A stretch of DNA of 64,000 nucleotides from Thermoanaerobaculia bacterium (lineage in GTDB: Bacteria; Acidobacteriota; Thermoanaerobaculia; Multivoradales; JAGPDF01): contig CAWGFP010000003.1 of NCBI GenBank assembly GCA_963821905.1, forward strand, positions 683 through 64,682, read 5' to 3'. The stretch's first letter is position 1. Each line of letters opens with the position of its first letter. Below, piece after piece: positions 42,445-52,806 of the stretch. The position numbers were made by a program, and so were the translations under genes. The notes beneath the pieces were generated by a model. It had not been told where the DNA came from. It was given only the letters and a program-made list of their open reading frames with translations, and ran no database searches.

Positions 42445-43853
42445 CCCTGCCCGAGCGCCGGCAGCCGCAGCCGGAACTCGCTGCCGCGGCCCGGCCGGTT
42501 CTCGACGCTGATCTCACCGCCGTGGGCCTCGACGATCGAGCGCGCCAGGTAGAGGCCGATACCGGTGCCGGTGGTCTTGGTGGTGTAGTGCATGTCGAAG
42601 ATCCGCTGCCGCTCTTCCTCCGGAATCCCCGGACCGGTGTCGATGATCCGCACTTCGGCCTCCTGAGGAAGCGCCTCGAGAATCATTTCCAGCTCGCCGC
42701 CGTCGGACATCGCCTCGAGACCGTTGAGGGCGACGTTGAGGATGGCTTGCTTGAGGCGGTCGCGCTGGCCGGCGATGCGCACCGCGCTGCCCGGGAGCTG
42801 CGCCTCCAGGGCGACGTGCTGCAGACGCGCCTGCGGCTGCAAGAGCCGCTCGATTTCCTGCAGCGTGGCCCGGACGTCGAACTCCTCGCGTCCGCTGCCC
42901 GCCGGAGTGGTGTCGGCGAGCAGGCCGAGGAGCGAGCGGTCGAGACGATCGAGCTCCTCGCGCAGCACGTCGAGATATCCCTGGGTCTTCTCGGCCTCCG
43001 CCGCGCCCTCACCCTTGCGCAGGGCGACCTGCAGCCGATCGAGATTCAGCACCATGGCGTTGAGCGGTGCTTTGATCTCGTGCGTTACGGCTCGGTAGAC
43101 CCGGCTCAGGGCGCGGAGCTGGCTGGCGAGCAGCAAGTCGGTCTCCAGCGCGTCGAGCGCTGTCCGTTCGCGGAGCAGATAGAGGAGACCCTGGTGCTCT
43201 TCCTCCGCCAAAGGGTACATCCGGCAGTGCACCGCCAGCGGCTGTACCGATCCCGGCACATCGAAATCGAACTGCGCCGGTTGATTCGGTGCACCGCGAT
43301 CGAGGAGCGGGAGGATCTCGGGCCAGCGCCGCTGCAACTCCGTGAGATCCGCGCAGCCCAGCAGCTCGCAGGCCCGCGGGCTGGCAAATTCCAGCTGGCG
43401 AGAGGGATGGACGAGCAGCACGCCAACATCCACCAGACGCGACAAAGTATGGAGACGCTGGCGAGCTTGCGCTCCTCGCTCGCGCTCCATGTTGAGCTCC
43501 TGCCCCACCCTCGCCGCGACCTCGACCGCGGCGGCGAACTCGTCTTTGACCCGGGACGGCGCCGGCGCCTGGCCGGCGAGCGCATCCTGCAGCAGCGCAG
43601 TGACGTCACGGCCGCGTCGCACCAACAGCACGTATAGCGCCACAGCGAGGGCTCCGGCCGCGGCGAGAGCCGCCAGGGCACCCGCGCCGAGGCGGCGCAT
43701 CGCGTCGTCGTGGACCGCGGACTCGTCCCGCGTCACGTCGATCGCGGCGAGCCTCGCTGCACGAATCTCCCCCCGTTGCCAGAAGGCAAAACCGCCCACC
43801 AGGGCGGCGTAGATCAAGCAGACGGCGACTATGTTCCGCGTCAAGGATCGCAT
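42441..43853 (-). CDS. Sensor histidine kinase (NtrB-like)
   Basis: [38 protein letters not shown]. Confidence 0.9.
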   Translation of the reverse strand: MRSLTRNIVAVCLIYAALVGGFAFWQRGEIRAARLAAIDVTRDESAVHDDAMRRLGAGALAALAAAGALAVALYVLLVRRGRDVTALLQDALAGQAPAPSRVKDEFAAAVEVAARVGQELNMERERGAQARQRLHTLSRLVDVGVLLVHPSRQLEFASPRACELLGCADLTELQRRWPEILPLLDRGAPNQPAQFDFDVPGSVQPLAVHCRMYPLAEEEHQGLLYLLRERTALDALETDLLLASQLRALSRVYRAVTHEIKAPLNAMVLNLDRLQVALRKGEGAAEAEKTQGYLDVLREELDRLDRSLLGLLADTTPAGSGREEFDVRATLQEIERLLQPQARLQHVALEAQLPGSAVRIAGQRDRLKQAILNVALNGLEAMSDGGELEMILEALPQEAEVRIIDTGPGIPEEERQRIFDMHYTTKTTGTGIGLYLARSIVEAHGGEISVENRPGRGSEFRLRLPALGQG

Positions 43854-43895
43854 GGTGGGAGAGCGGTGTTCGCAGACAAGTTATCACCTTCCGCG

Positions 43896-43911
43896 TGGCA
43901 TGGATGCTGCT
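43896..43911 (+). promoter_or_regulatory. Sigma54-like promoter
   Basis: TGGCAT-GGATG-CTGCT, upstream of a small ORF with an AAGGAG RBS. Confidence 0.55.
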
Positions 43912-43945
43912 CTTGACCTCCCTGACGTTTTTTCAAGGAGACGAC

Positions 43946-44128
43946 ATGGAACCTGCGAGCTGGATCCTGGCAGCGCTCGCCGCGAGCTTCGTCGCGGCGG
44001 TTCTCCGTTGGGCGCGCGGCCAGAGGAGCGGATATCGAACGAGCTATGGCGAGCGACGCTTTCCCGCCGACAACGTCGACCAGTTGCTCGCGCTCGAGGC
44101 ACGCCGGCCGCGACGAAGTGGTGGATGA
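43946..44128 (+). CDS. Small membrane-anchored hypothetical protein (60 aa)
   Basis: AAGGAG RBS; MEPASWILAALAASFVAAVLRW hydrophobic start; upstream sigma54-like site. Confidence 0.45.
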   Translation: MEPASWILAALAASFVAAVLRWARGQRSGYRTSYGERRFPADNVDQLLALEARRPRRSGG

Positions 44129-44388
44129 GCTGTCGCGCCGTCACGGCCGCAGCTGGGCTGCGCTACCACGTCATCACAACGATTTGAGGTCATCCGGCTC
44201 GTCGTGTACCAGGATGCGAGAAACGGATGTCCGCGCGGCCTTCGGGGGATCCAGGCCTTGAACGCAGCCGAGCGGACATCCGGATTGGTGCTGATCACGA
44301 TGCCCTCCAGTGCATGGCGTATGCCACGGACCCCCGTCGCCGACGGCAACGCCCTGCAGCAGGTCGCGTCGCAGTCGATCGCCAGCCG

Positions 44389-44404
44389 TGGCTTGGCTAT
44401 TGCA
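44389..44404 (+). promoter_or_regulatory. Sigma54-like promoter
   Basis: TGGCTT-GGCTA-TTGCA upstream of the 44489 gene. Confidence 0.6.
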
Positions 44405-44488
44405 CTGCTCACTCGTAGGTCGCAAGCGCGTCCGAATTAGTTCAGCCGGTCGTGGCACTCGCGGCCTAATCTCCAAGGGAGTTACATC

Positions 44489-45451
44489 ATGAAGCGATGG
44501 GTACTTACGGCGCTGGTGTGCGCCTCGATGTGTGGTGCGGCCGCTAGAGCCGACGACTTGATCCCCTATGGCTCCGGCGGGTGGAGCTACTCGATCGTGC
44601 CGTACGACCAGCAGCTTGGCTTCTCGGCCCCGGCCTACGACTCGACTGGTTGGCCGGTCGGCCAGGGCCCGTTCGGCGGTTGGGAGAAGGGTCTCGACCA
44701 GGTTTGCGTGTTGAACGCGAGCATCGTCACGGAGTGGCCCAACTACACCGACCTCCTGGTCCGGCGGTCGATCCAGCTCTGCCCGGGCGCGAGCGGCCTC
44801 GAAATCGAGGCGGCTATCGACAATGACATCCAGGTGTTCTTCAACGGCGTCGACATTTCGAACGGCATGGTCGAACACGAGCTTTGCGCCGAGTACGGCG
44901 CAGCGGAGTCCACCTTCGCCGTGCCCGACGCGCTCCTCCAGATAGGCGAGAACGTCCTCGCCGTGCGAGCCCGGGATCGCGAAGTCATCAGCTTCCTCGA
45001 CCTCACCGTACGCGGGGACGCTGGAGACTGTGTACCGACGCCGCAGGCCACGGTCGACTGCACAGGGGCCGTGCCGAGCGTCGTTGAGCTGTGGCCGCCG
45101 AACCACAAGTATGTTCCGATCAACGTCGAGGGGTTGCTCGACTCCGACGGCAACGAGGTCGAGATCACCATCGACTCGATCTTCCAGGACGAACCGGTGC
45201 GGGACCGCAGAACGGGCAGCGGCAACACGTGCCCTGACGGCAGGGGTCTCACCACCGATACCGCCTGGGTGCGAGCGGAGCGCAGCGGTGAGCTGGGCGA
45301 CGGCCGCGTATACGCGATTCATTTCACGGCGACCGCCGCCGATGGCGAGGTGTGCCAGGGAGTATTGAGAGCGTGCGTGCCGCACGATCGAGGACACGGA
45401 CTCGGCTGCATCGACGACGGTCCGCTCTACGACTCGACGATCTGTCCGTAA
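44489..45451 (+). CDS. Secreted Cys-rich protein: N-terminal beta-sandwich + C-terminal LWPPNHK-type domain
   Basis: Signal peptide; YDSTGWPVGQGPFG, IDNDIQVFFNG, GENVLAVR; LWPPNHK..VRAERSG..DGRVYAIHF..VPHD. Confidence 0.8.
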   Translation: MKRWVLTALVCASMCGAAARADDLIPYGSGGWSYSIVPYDQQLGFSAPAYDSTGWPVGQGPFGGWEKGLDQVCVLNASIVTEWPNYTDLLVRRSIQLCPGASGLEIEAAIDNDIQVFFNGVDISNGMVEHELCAEYGAAESTFAVPDALLQIGENVLAVRARDREVISFLDLTVRGDAGDCVPTPQATVDCTGAVPSVVELWPPNHKYVPINVEGLLDSDGNEVEITIDSIFQDEPVRDRRTGSGNTCPDGRGLTTDTAWVRAERSGELGDGRVYAIHFTATAADGEVCQGVLRACVPHDRGHGLGCIDDGPLYDSTICP

Positions 45452-45477
45452 GCGAACGATCAGACTTTCCGAGTATG

Positions 45478-45511
45478 GGCGCCGGCCTTGGCAGGGCCGG
45501 CGTCGCTGTTT
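45478..45511 (+). terminator. Putative terminator
   Basis: GGCGCCGGCCT-TGGCA-GGGCCGGCGTC followed by GCTGTTT. Confidence 0.45.
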
Positions 45512-45673
45512 CAGAACCCCGTCGCCGGCCGGGTCGCGTCCGCACGGGGGCCGGAGCCCCTAGCCACGGGCAGTCTTTGCCGAAAATACCCGCCGCTTTG
45601 CATTAATCGGTGCAGGTTCTGCAATCCAACTCGCGCGGCGACGCTGGGAGACCGGGATGCGTCGCCGGCTGGC

Positions 45674-45689
45674 TGGCACGAGGACTGCT
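45674..45689 (+). promoter_or_regulatory. Sigma54-like promoter of desaturase operon
   Basis: TGGCAC-GAGGA-CTGCT. Confidence 0.6.
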
Positions 45690-45702
45690 CTTCTCCCGGG
45701 AA

Positions 45703-46809
45703 ATGGGACCGCTATCCGGGGTAAATGCTGGCACGGAACGACCGACGATCGTCGCGACTCTCGACGAGCAGAACTGGCGCAAGGTCCTGGCGCCGTACAA
45801 GCGAGCCAATGTGCGTTCAGCGGTGGTGCAACTGTTCGACACCGCCCTGCCATTCGCGCTCGTCTGGTTCCTTATGGTGCGCAGCTTGACGGTTTCCTAC
45901 GCCCTGACCCTGGCGCTTGCGGTGCCGGCCGGATTCCTTTTCATCCGGCTCTTCATCCTGCAGCACGACTGTGGCCACGGCTCGTTCTTCCCCTCGTCCA
46001 CCGCCAACAACGTGGTCGGCTCGCTACTCGGCGTCGTCACGCTCTTCCCCTATGGTTACTGGCGGCGCACCCACGCCGTCCATCACGCGACCTCCGGCAA
46101 CCTCGACCATCGCGAGCTGGGCGACGTCAAGACCTACACCGTCCGTGAGTACCTGGGCTTCACGCCCATGCACCGGTTTTTGTACCGCCTCTACCGCCAT
46201 CCGCTGACGCTGCTCGGCTTCGGCCCGGCCTACCAGTTCGTGCTCAAGCATCGCTTCCCGTTCGACATCCCGTGGTCGTGGAAACGCGAATGGGCGAGCG
46301 TGTTGTGGACCAACCTCGGCATCGCCGTCAGCTTCGCCGCGCTGGCGGCCGCGATCGGCTGGCGAGCGGTGATCCTGGTGCACCTGCCGGTCGTCCTGGT
46401 CGCGGGCGCGGTCGGGGTCTTCCTGTTCTTCGTCCAGCACCAGTTCGAGGACACCTACTGGGAGCCCGATGTGACCTGGGACTTCTACCGCGCCGGCGTT
46501 CACGGCAGCTCGTTCCTCGACCTGCCGCCGGCGCTGCACTGGCTGACCGCCAACATCGGCTACCACCACATCCACCACCTGGCGAGTCTGATCCCCAACT
46601 ACCGCCTGGCCGAGTGCTTCCGCGACAACCCCGGCCTGCAGCGCGTCACGCACTTGACGCTGCGGCAAGGACTGAGTTGCCTGCGCCTCAAGTTGTGGGA
46701 CGAAGAGTCCCGCACTCTCGTCGGCTTCGACGCCGTGCCCCAGCACGAGCTGCGCGCGAACCCTCGCCTGGCCGGCGGCCGGCGCGAGCCAGAAACGCCG
46801 AGCGGCTGA
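45703..46809 (+). CDS. Fatty acid desaturase
   Basis: Three His boxes: HDCGH, HAVHH, HHIHH; IPNY. Confidence 0.92.
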   Translation: MGPLSGVNAGTERPTIVATLDEQNWRKVLAPYKRANVRSAVVQLFDTALPFALVWFLMVRSLTVSYALTLALAVPAGFLFIRLFILQHDCGHGSFFPSSTANNVVGSLLGVVTLFPYGYWRRTHAVHHATSGNLDHRELGDVKTYTVREYLGFTPMHRFLYRLYRHPLTLLGFGPAYQFVLKHRFPFDIPWSWKREWASVLWTNLGIAVSFAALAAAIGWRAVILVHLPVVLVAGAVGVFLFFVQHQFEDTYWEPDVTWDFYRAGVHGSSFLDLPPALHWLTANIGYHHIHHLASLIPNYRLAECFRDNPGLQRVTHLTLRQGLSCLRLKLWDEESRTLVGFDAVPQHELRANPRLAGGRREPETPSG

Positions 46810-46816
46810 CAGGGCC

Positions 46817-47932
46817 ATGGACTCGAGCCAGGAGAGGCAGGTCTACCGCTTCCTCTTCTTCATCGCCGCCATCCTCGCCGTCGGCTACCTCGTCTTCCGG
46901 GTGCTCCAGCCGTTCTTCGCCGCGCTCGCTTGGGCGGTGGTCCTGGCCATCGTCTTTCACCGTCCCTGGCAGGCGCTGGACCGCCGGATGCCGCGGCGGC
47001 GAGCCCTCGCCGCGGGGCTCCTCACCCTGGCAATCGCGATCGTCGTGCTGCTCCCCGCCTCGCTGTTCGTGGGCGTGCTGACCGCGCAGGCCGTCGAGAC
47101 CGCCGACGACGTCGTGGTGGGTCTGCGCAGCCGCCACATCGCCACGTTCTCGGATCTCGTCGCCTCGCCGGCGGCGGCGCCGCTGCTCGAGGCGCTCGAC
47201 CAACGGTTGGGCGTGTCCTCCGATCGCTTTCAGCAGTTCGCCTCGACCTTCGTGGAGCGGGTCACGGGTTTCCTCGGCTCGTTGAGCGGGCTCCTGGTCC
47301 TGAGCCTGTTCGATGCCGTGCTCACGTTCGCGGCGACGCTGTTCCTGCTTTTCTTCTTCTTCTTCGACGGTGATCGGATCAGCGCGGGAGCGCTCGACCT
47401 GCTGCCGGCCGACGAAGAGGGACGCCAGGAAGTGAAGCGCTCGCTCGGCACCATGGTGCGCGCCATCTTCCGTGGCTCGTTGCTGCTCGCCCTGGTGCAA
47501 GGCCTCTCCGGCGGCCTCAGCTGGTGGCTTGCGGGACTCGGATCGCCGGTGCTCGCGGGCGCGAGCATGGCCGTGCTTTCTCTCCTTCCGCTCGGCGGCT
47601 CCGCGATCGTCTGGCTGCCGGGGAGCATCTGGGCCTGGTATTCGGGCCACCCCGGCGCCGCCGCATTTCTCTTCCTTTGGGGAGCGCTGGTGACCTCGTT
47701 CCTGGCCGACAACGTCCTGCGGCCACTGCTCATCCGCGGCGCCGAGGGCTTGAGCGCCCTGGTCGTTTTCCTCGGCGTCTTCGGCGGCCTCGCGACGTTC
47801 GGCCTGCTAGGCGTCTTCATCGGTCCGATGGCGCTGGTGGTCGGCCTGACGCTGCTCGACGCGATGCGCCGGCGGGCCAGCGCCGGTCACTATGAACGGA
47901 TCGAACAGCCGCCAGAGCCCTTGGTCACGTGA
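46817..47932 (+). CDS. AI-2E family transporter
   Basis: LFFFFFDG, ALVQG, LPLGGSAIVWLP, DNVLRPLL, GVFGGLATFGLLGVFIGP. Confidence 0.9.
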   Translation: MDSSQERQVYRFLFFIAAILAVGYLVFRVLQPFFAALAWAVVLAIVFHRPWQALDRRMPRRRALAAGLLTLAIAIVVLLPASLFVGVLTAQAVETADDVVVGLRSRHIATFSDLVASPAAAPLLEALDQRLGVSSDRFQQFASTFVERVTGFLGSLSGLLVLSLFDAVLTFAATLFLLFFFFFDGDRISAGALDLLPADEEGRQEVKRSLGTMVRAIFRGSLLLALVQGLSGGLSWWLAGLGSPVLAGASMAVLSLLPLGGSAIVWLPGSIWAWYSGHPGAAAFLFLWGALVTSFLADNVLRPLLIRGAEGLSALVVFLGVFGGLATFGLLGVFIGPMALVVGLTLLDAMRRRASAGHYERIEQPPEPLVT

Positions 47933-49597
47933 GAATGCGACGGAAGGCAGCCACCGGCCGCGCCGCCGCAGCCACCGAGCTTCTGGCGGCTGCGCGGGCC
48001 GAGGTGCGGCAGAGCACCAACCAACGGCTCGAGGCCGAGCAGTCCTTTCGCACCTTGGTAGAGAGCCTGCCCGACGTCATCGCGCGCTTCGACCCGCAAG
48101 TGCGATACCTCTACGTCAGTCCCGCAATCCAAGAGGTAGCCGGACGGCCGGCGCGTGACTTCGTGGGCCGGACGAACCGACAAATGGGGATGCCGCCCGA
48201 GCTGATCGAGGAGTGGGACGCGGCCGTGCGCAGGGTCTTCGCAAGCGGACAGCCCGAGAGGCTCGAGGTCAGTTTTCCGACCGCCAATGGACCGCGGCAT
48301 TTCGATTGCCAGTTGGTTCCCGAACCTGGGAAAAATGGCTTGGCGGCGGCGGTGCTGACCGTGGCGCGAGATGTCACCCACCGCTGGCTCGCGCTCGAAG
48401 CCGAACGGCGGGCCCGGAGCGTCGCGGATTCGTTGCGCGAGGCGACGGTGGCGCTCACCCGCAGCCTCGATCGCGAGACCGTGCTGGCGACTCTGCTCGG
48501 CCGCCTGCGCGGCATGCTCCCGTTCGACCGCGCCAGCGTCATGCTGGTCGAGGAGGCGTCGCGGGTCTCCGTGCGCGCGATCTTCGACGGCGAGCGCGTG
48601 GTTTCTCTGCCGGCCGACGGGCGGCCGGAGTTCGACCCCGCCGATCACCCGATCGTGCAAGGGATCCTGACCAATGGCGCGGCGGTTCTCATTCCGGATC
48701 TACGGGCTGATGCCCGACTGGAGCCTGCCGGTCGACCGCTCGTCCGAGGCGAGTTGGATGGGAGTGCCGCTGTTCGCGCGCGGCGACGTGGCAGGGTTGT
48801 TCTCGCTCTCCAAGCGCGAGGCCGGCTATTTCAGCGAGGAGCACGTGAGGCTGGCCGAGGCGATGTCGTCGCAGGCCTCGGTCGCGGTCGAGAACGCGAT
48901 CCTCTTCGAACAGATGCAGGCCTCGACCGTGCGGATGCAGTCGCTCTCGCGCCGCCTCGTCGAGGCGCAGGAAAGCGAGCGGCGCAACATCGCCCGCGAG
49001 CTGCACGACGAGGCCGGTCAGGCACTGGCCTCGCTGCGCTATCGGCCTGCGCCTGCTGGAGACGGGAGATCGGCGAGGGCCGCGGCGTCACCGAACGGGT
49101 GGCCGAGCTCAAGCAGAGGACCGATGCCGTCATCGACGGCCTGCACCGACTGGCCGCGGACCTGCGGCCGGCGAGCCTCGATCACCTGGGGCTCGAGGCG
49201 GCCCTGCGCCAGTACTCGCGCATCGGCGGCGTCCAAGTTCGGCCTCGCCGTCCGCTTCAAGGCCCGCGGGCTGGGCAGCGAGCGGCTTCCTCCGGCGATG
49301 GAGACGGCGCTCTATCGCGTCGTCCAGGAGGCGATGACCAACGTCGTGCGGCACGCGAAGGCGACCCGGGTCGACGTGCTGGTGGAGCGCAGCGACGGCC
49401 GCGTCATGGTGATGGTCGAGGACGACGGAGTCGGCTTCGAGCCCGACCGCGCCCAGCAAGGCGAGCACTTCGGGCTGCTCGGGCTGCGCGAGCGGGCCGA
49501 GGCACTGGGCGGGACGCTGACCCTGGAGAGCGCGCCGGGAGCGGGAACGACGGTCGTGGTGGAGGTGCCGAGTGCCGATCCGCATCCTGATCGCTGA
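47929..49597 (+). CDS. PAS-GAF HisKA_3 (NarX-like) cytoplasmic sensor kinase (indels)
   Basis: ESLPDVIARFD..YVSP (PAS); GAF; AQESERRNIARELHDEAGQAL; QEAMTNVVRHA; DDGVGF; FGLLGLRERA. Confidence 0.88.
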
Positions 49598-50211
49598 CGA
49601 CCACGCCGTCGTCCGTTCCGGCCTGCGCGCGCTGCTCCGAGCCGACCCCGAGCTCGAGGTGGTCGGCGAGGCGGAGGACGGTGAGGAGGCGCTGCGCCTG
49701 GCGGAGGCGCTGCGCCCCGACCTGGTCCTGCTCGACATCACCATGCCGCCCGAGAACGGCATCACGACCGCGCAGCGACTGAAGGCAAAGCATCCCGAGG
49801 TCGCCGTGCTGTTCCTCACCATGCACGAGGACGAGAGCCTGCTGCACGAAGCGCTGCGCGCCGGCGCGGCCGGCTACCTGATCAAGCGGGCCGAGGAGGC
49901 CGAGATCATTCGCGCCATCCATGCTGGCGAGCCAGGGCGACATCTACGTGCACCCCGCGATGACCCGCGCGCTCCTTCGCCAGCCGGTGACCTCCGCGCA
50001 CCGGCGCAGTTCGCCGGTGGACGAGCTGACCCGCCGCGAGCTCGATGTCCTGCGGCTGCTCGCCAAGGGCAACACCAACCGGCAGATCGCCGATCTGCTC
50101 GGCCTCTCGATTCGCACGGTCGAGAACCACCGCGCCAACCTGATGGGCAAGCTCGGGCTGGTCAGCCGGGTCGAGCTGGTGAACTACGCCGAGGAGCACG
50201 ACCTGCTCTAG
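49572..50211 (+). CDS. NarL/LuxR-family response regulator (frameshift ~49925)
   Basis: ILIADDHAVVRSGL, LLDITMP, LTRRELDVL..G.TNRQIA..L.LSIRTVENHRANLMGKL. Confidence 0.92.
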
Positions 50212-50250
50212 GGCTTCCGTGCGCCGGCCGGCGAACGATCTCGCAGCGCG

Positions 50251-50529
50251 TCAGCGCCGCCGGGAGGCCAGATGGATGAGCGCCACGAAAAGGGCGGCGC
50301 CGATGATCGACCACAGAACCGGGAACGGATGCCCGCCGACGGTGATCATGAGCGGCTCGGCTAGCTTCAGCTGCCGCGCGACCCACGGCCCGAGCAGAGC
50401 CCCGACGAAGCCCAAGGCGATCGAGACGAGGAGCCCGCCGCGCGAGCCACCCGCGATGGCCTTCCCGATCGCGCCGCAAACGGCGGCGATCACGATGAGA
50501 ATCAGGAGTGTTGTTAGTGACAGCGTCAT
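50251..50529 (-). CDS. GlsB/YeaQ/YmgE-family membrane protein
   Basis: GLLVSIALGFVGALLG, WSIIGAALFV. Confidence 0.82.
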   Translation of the reverse strand: MTLSLTTLLILIVIAAVCGAIGKAIAGGSRGGLLVSIALGFVGALLGPWVARQLKLAEPLMITVGGHPFPVLWSIIGAALFVALIHLASRRR

Positions 50530-50580
50530 GACAGGTTCCCTCCGCTATGGCTTGGGCAACGTGGCGATCTCCGCGCCAGA

Positions 50581-50760
50581 AATCTAGTCCTCTGGCGACC
50601 CGAGTTGAAGCGCACTTTCTACCCGGAATCAACGCCGCGACTCGGGTAGAAACTACGCCGGCACCGTCGCGCGACGGCGATCGGGTAGTTCCCACCTAGC
50701 TCGCGATCTCGCCATCAGGTAGAAAGTGCGCTTCTCAGACGAGTGCCGGAGGGCTAGCCT
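50581..50760. promoter_or_regulatory. Two divergent copies of a conserved bipartite promoter motif
   Basis: GTAGTT(T/C)C(T/C)ACC(C/T)-N19-(G/A)GGTAGAAAGTGCGCTT-N21-TA(GATT/GCCT) on each strand. Confidence 0.75.
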
Positions 50761-50789
50761 CGAGGTGGCCTCGAAAGGGAGGAAACGTC

Positions 50790-50879
50790 ATGGACAGCAC
50801 CACCCTCATCATCCTGATCCTCGTACTGGTTCTACTGTTTGGCGGCGGTGGCTTGTACTGGCGGCGCGGTCGCCGCTAA
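50790..50879 (+). CDS. 29-aa single-TM small protein
   Basis: GGGAGG RBS; MDSTTLIILILVLVLLFGGGGLYWRRGRR*; has its own copy of the motif; missed by the ORF track. Confidence 0.7.
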   Translation: MDSTTLIILILVLVLLFGGGGLYWRRGRR

Positions 50880-50977
50880 ACCCGCGAGATCGCGATTCGG
50901 ATCGCGGCAGGGCGCGGTGTGGCAGTTCACCAGCGGTTCGCTGGTCCGAGCCGCACTCCGCGCCCTGGGCGCCGGCC

Positions 50978-51355
50978 TCAGGCCGACAACCGCCGTCGGC
51001 GCGCCAGCAAGCCGACCAGGAATCCGGCAGAGGCCGCGAGCAGCAGGGCCTTGCCGGGATTCGCGACGACGTACTCGGTCGTCGCGGTGGCCATTCGCGT
51101 GACCTCGCCGCTTGCCCTCGCGTAGCCGCGATCGACTGCCTGAGCGGCGCGCTCCACGCGCTGGTGCGCGCCGCGCGACGCCGTCTCCGCTCCCTCACGG
51201 ACCTGCGTGCCCGCGCCGCGGACCGTTTCCACCGCGCGCTTCGCCGCCGTCTCGACGCCGCGCTCCGCGCGATCGGCGGCGCCGACAACGGCGTCGCGAG
51301 TGCGGTCGATCAGGGAATCCATTCCGTCCTTCGTCCGTTCGATGTTCTTGATCAT
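50978..51355 (-). CDS. DUF883/ElaB-like protein
   Basis: YVVANPGKALLLAASAGFLVGLLARR; AAGGAG RBS. Confidence 0.8.
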   Translation of the reverse strand: MIKNIERTKDGMDSLIDRTRDAVVGAADRAERGVETAAKRAVETVRGAGTQVREGAETASRGAHQRVERAAQAVDRGYARASGEVTRMATATTEYVVANPGKALLLAASAGFLVGLLARRRRLSA

Positions 51356-52419
51356 GCGCTTGCTCCTTCGGTTCGTGTCATTGGCGATTTGGAGCCCCCA
51401 CGGTCCGTGGGCTTGTACTCCGACAGCTGTACCAATTGCTTGCCTTGGCTTTTTCCCCGTAGCATTGCGATGAAGGCTTGCGGCGCGGCCTCGATGCCCT
51501 GAGCGATGTCCTCGCGGTACTGCAGCTTCCCCTGCCGCAGCCATTCGCGCAGACGCTCGCACGCTTCGGGGAACCGCTGCCGGTAGCTGGCCACCAAGAA
51601 GCCGCGCGCGCTCGCCTGCTTGACCCTCAACTGGTCCAGCCAGCGCGGCGCCATCTCGGGTTGCTCCAGGTTGGACTGTGAGCTCTGACCGCAGACGCAG
51701 ATCCGGGCCCGGTCGTTGATTCTCTCGATGACCGCGTCGGTGATGGCTCCGCCCACATTGTCGAAATAGACGTCGATGCCGGCCGGGCAGAGCGTCTCGA
51801 GCGTCCCGCGCAGGTCCGAGCCGGCCCGATGGTTGAACGCCGCGTCGAAGCCGAGCTCGTCGCGCAACCACGAGGTCTCGGCATCCGAGCCCGCCACTCC
51901 GACGACGCGGCAACCGGCGATCTTGGCCAACTGGCCGGCCACCATCCCGACCGCCCCGGTCGCACCGGAGACCACGACAGTCTCGCCTGGCTCGGGGCGA
52001 CAGATGTCGAACAAGCCGAAGTAGGCGGTCAACCCCGGTGTGCCCAGTACTCCGAGAGCCGTCGACAAGGGCGCCGAGGTGGCGTCGAGCTTCCTCAACT
52101 CCCGCCCCTGGACGACGGCGTACTCCTGCCAGCCCAGCAGGCCTTCGACCGCATCACCGGCCACGAACTGCGGGTCCTCGGATGCCATGACCAGGGCGAC
52201 GGCGCCGCCGATCATGAGATCGCCGATGGCCATCGAGCTGGGGCCCGCGGCGTTCATCCGCCCCCGCATCCAAGGATCCAGGGAGAGGTACAACTCCCGC
52301 ACCAGCACTTCGCCCGCGGCGAGTGAAGGCAAGGGCGAATAGACCAAGTCGAAGTTCGAGACCCTGGGGAAACCTACCGGGCGCGAGGCGAGGGTGATCT
52401 GTCGGTTGACGGTTGCCAC
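51352..52419 (-). CDS. NADP-dependent oxidoreductase (MDR, CurA/PTGR-like)
   Basis: LASRPVG, YLSLDPWMRGRM, LGTPGLTAYFGL, SGATGAVG, CPAGIDVYFDNVGG. Confidence 0.92.
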   Translation of the reverse strand: MATVNRQITLASRPVGFPRVSNFDLVYSPLPSLAAGEVLVRELYLSLDPWMRGRMNAAGPSSMAIGDLMIGGAVALVMASEDPQFVAGDAVEGLLGWQEYAVVQGRELRKLDATSAPLSTALGVLGTPGLTAYFGLFDICRPEPGETVVVSGATGAVGMVAGQLAKIAGCRVVGVAGSDAETSWLRDELGFDAAFNHRAGSDLRGTLETLCPAGIDVYFDNVGGAITDAVIERINDRARICVCGQSSQSNLEQPEMAPRWLDQLRVKQASARGFLVASYRQRFPEACERLREWLRQGKLQYREDIAQGIEAAPQAFIAMLRGKSQGKQLVQLSEYKPTDRGGSKSPMTRTEGASA

Positions 52420-52443
52420 GGCAAGTTCGCGACGCTGCGCCGG

Positions 52444-52662
52444 CTATGCCTTCGAGCGCATCAGGAGCAGTGCCCCTCCGACGACGATCGCGCCGACGCC
52501 TGCCCAAACCGGGATATTGACCGTCTCCTTGTCCTTGACCGACAACTCCAGCGGACCGATCTTGGCGTCGTGAGTCGTCTTGGTGTACGTGAAGCCACCG
52601 TACGCCAGCGCGACGACCCCGGCGACGATCAGCAGAATCGCGACCATCTTGAGACCGCTCAT
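52444..52662 (-). CDS. Small two-TM membrane protein
   Basis: LIVAGVVALAYGGFTYTK..KIGPLEL..KET..IP.WAG; AGGAGGAG RBS. Confidence 0.75.
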   Translation of the reverse strand: MSGLKMVAILLIVAGVVALAYGGFTYTKTTHDAKIGPLELSVKDKETVNIPVWAGVGAIVVGGALLLMRSKA

Positions 52663-52731
52663 TTCGCTCCTCCTGTCATTTCCCCGTCCGCGGCGTCAGG
52701 CCGGCGGAGGTGCCTTCTCGACATGCTCTCG

Positions 52732-52806
52732 AGGTTAGTCCCCGCACCGCCCGCCGAGAAGCGCACTTACTACCCGAGCCCGTCAATGCAACTAGGTAGA
52801 AACCAC
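52732..52806 (-). promoter_or_regulatory. Third copy of the bipartite promoter motif
   Basis: Minus strand GTGGTTTCTACCT-N18-GGGTAGTAAGTGCGCTT-N21-TAACCT. Confidence 0.75.
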
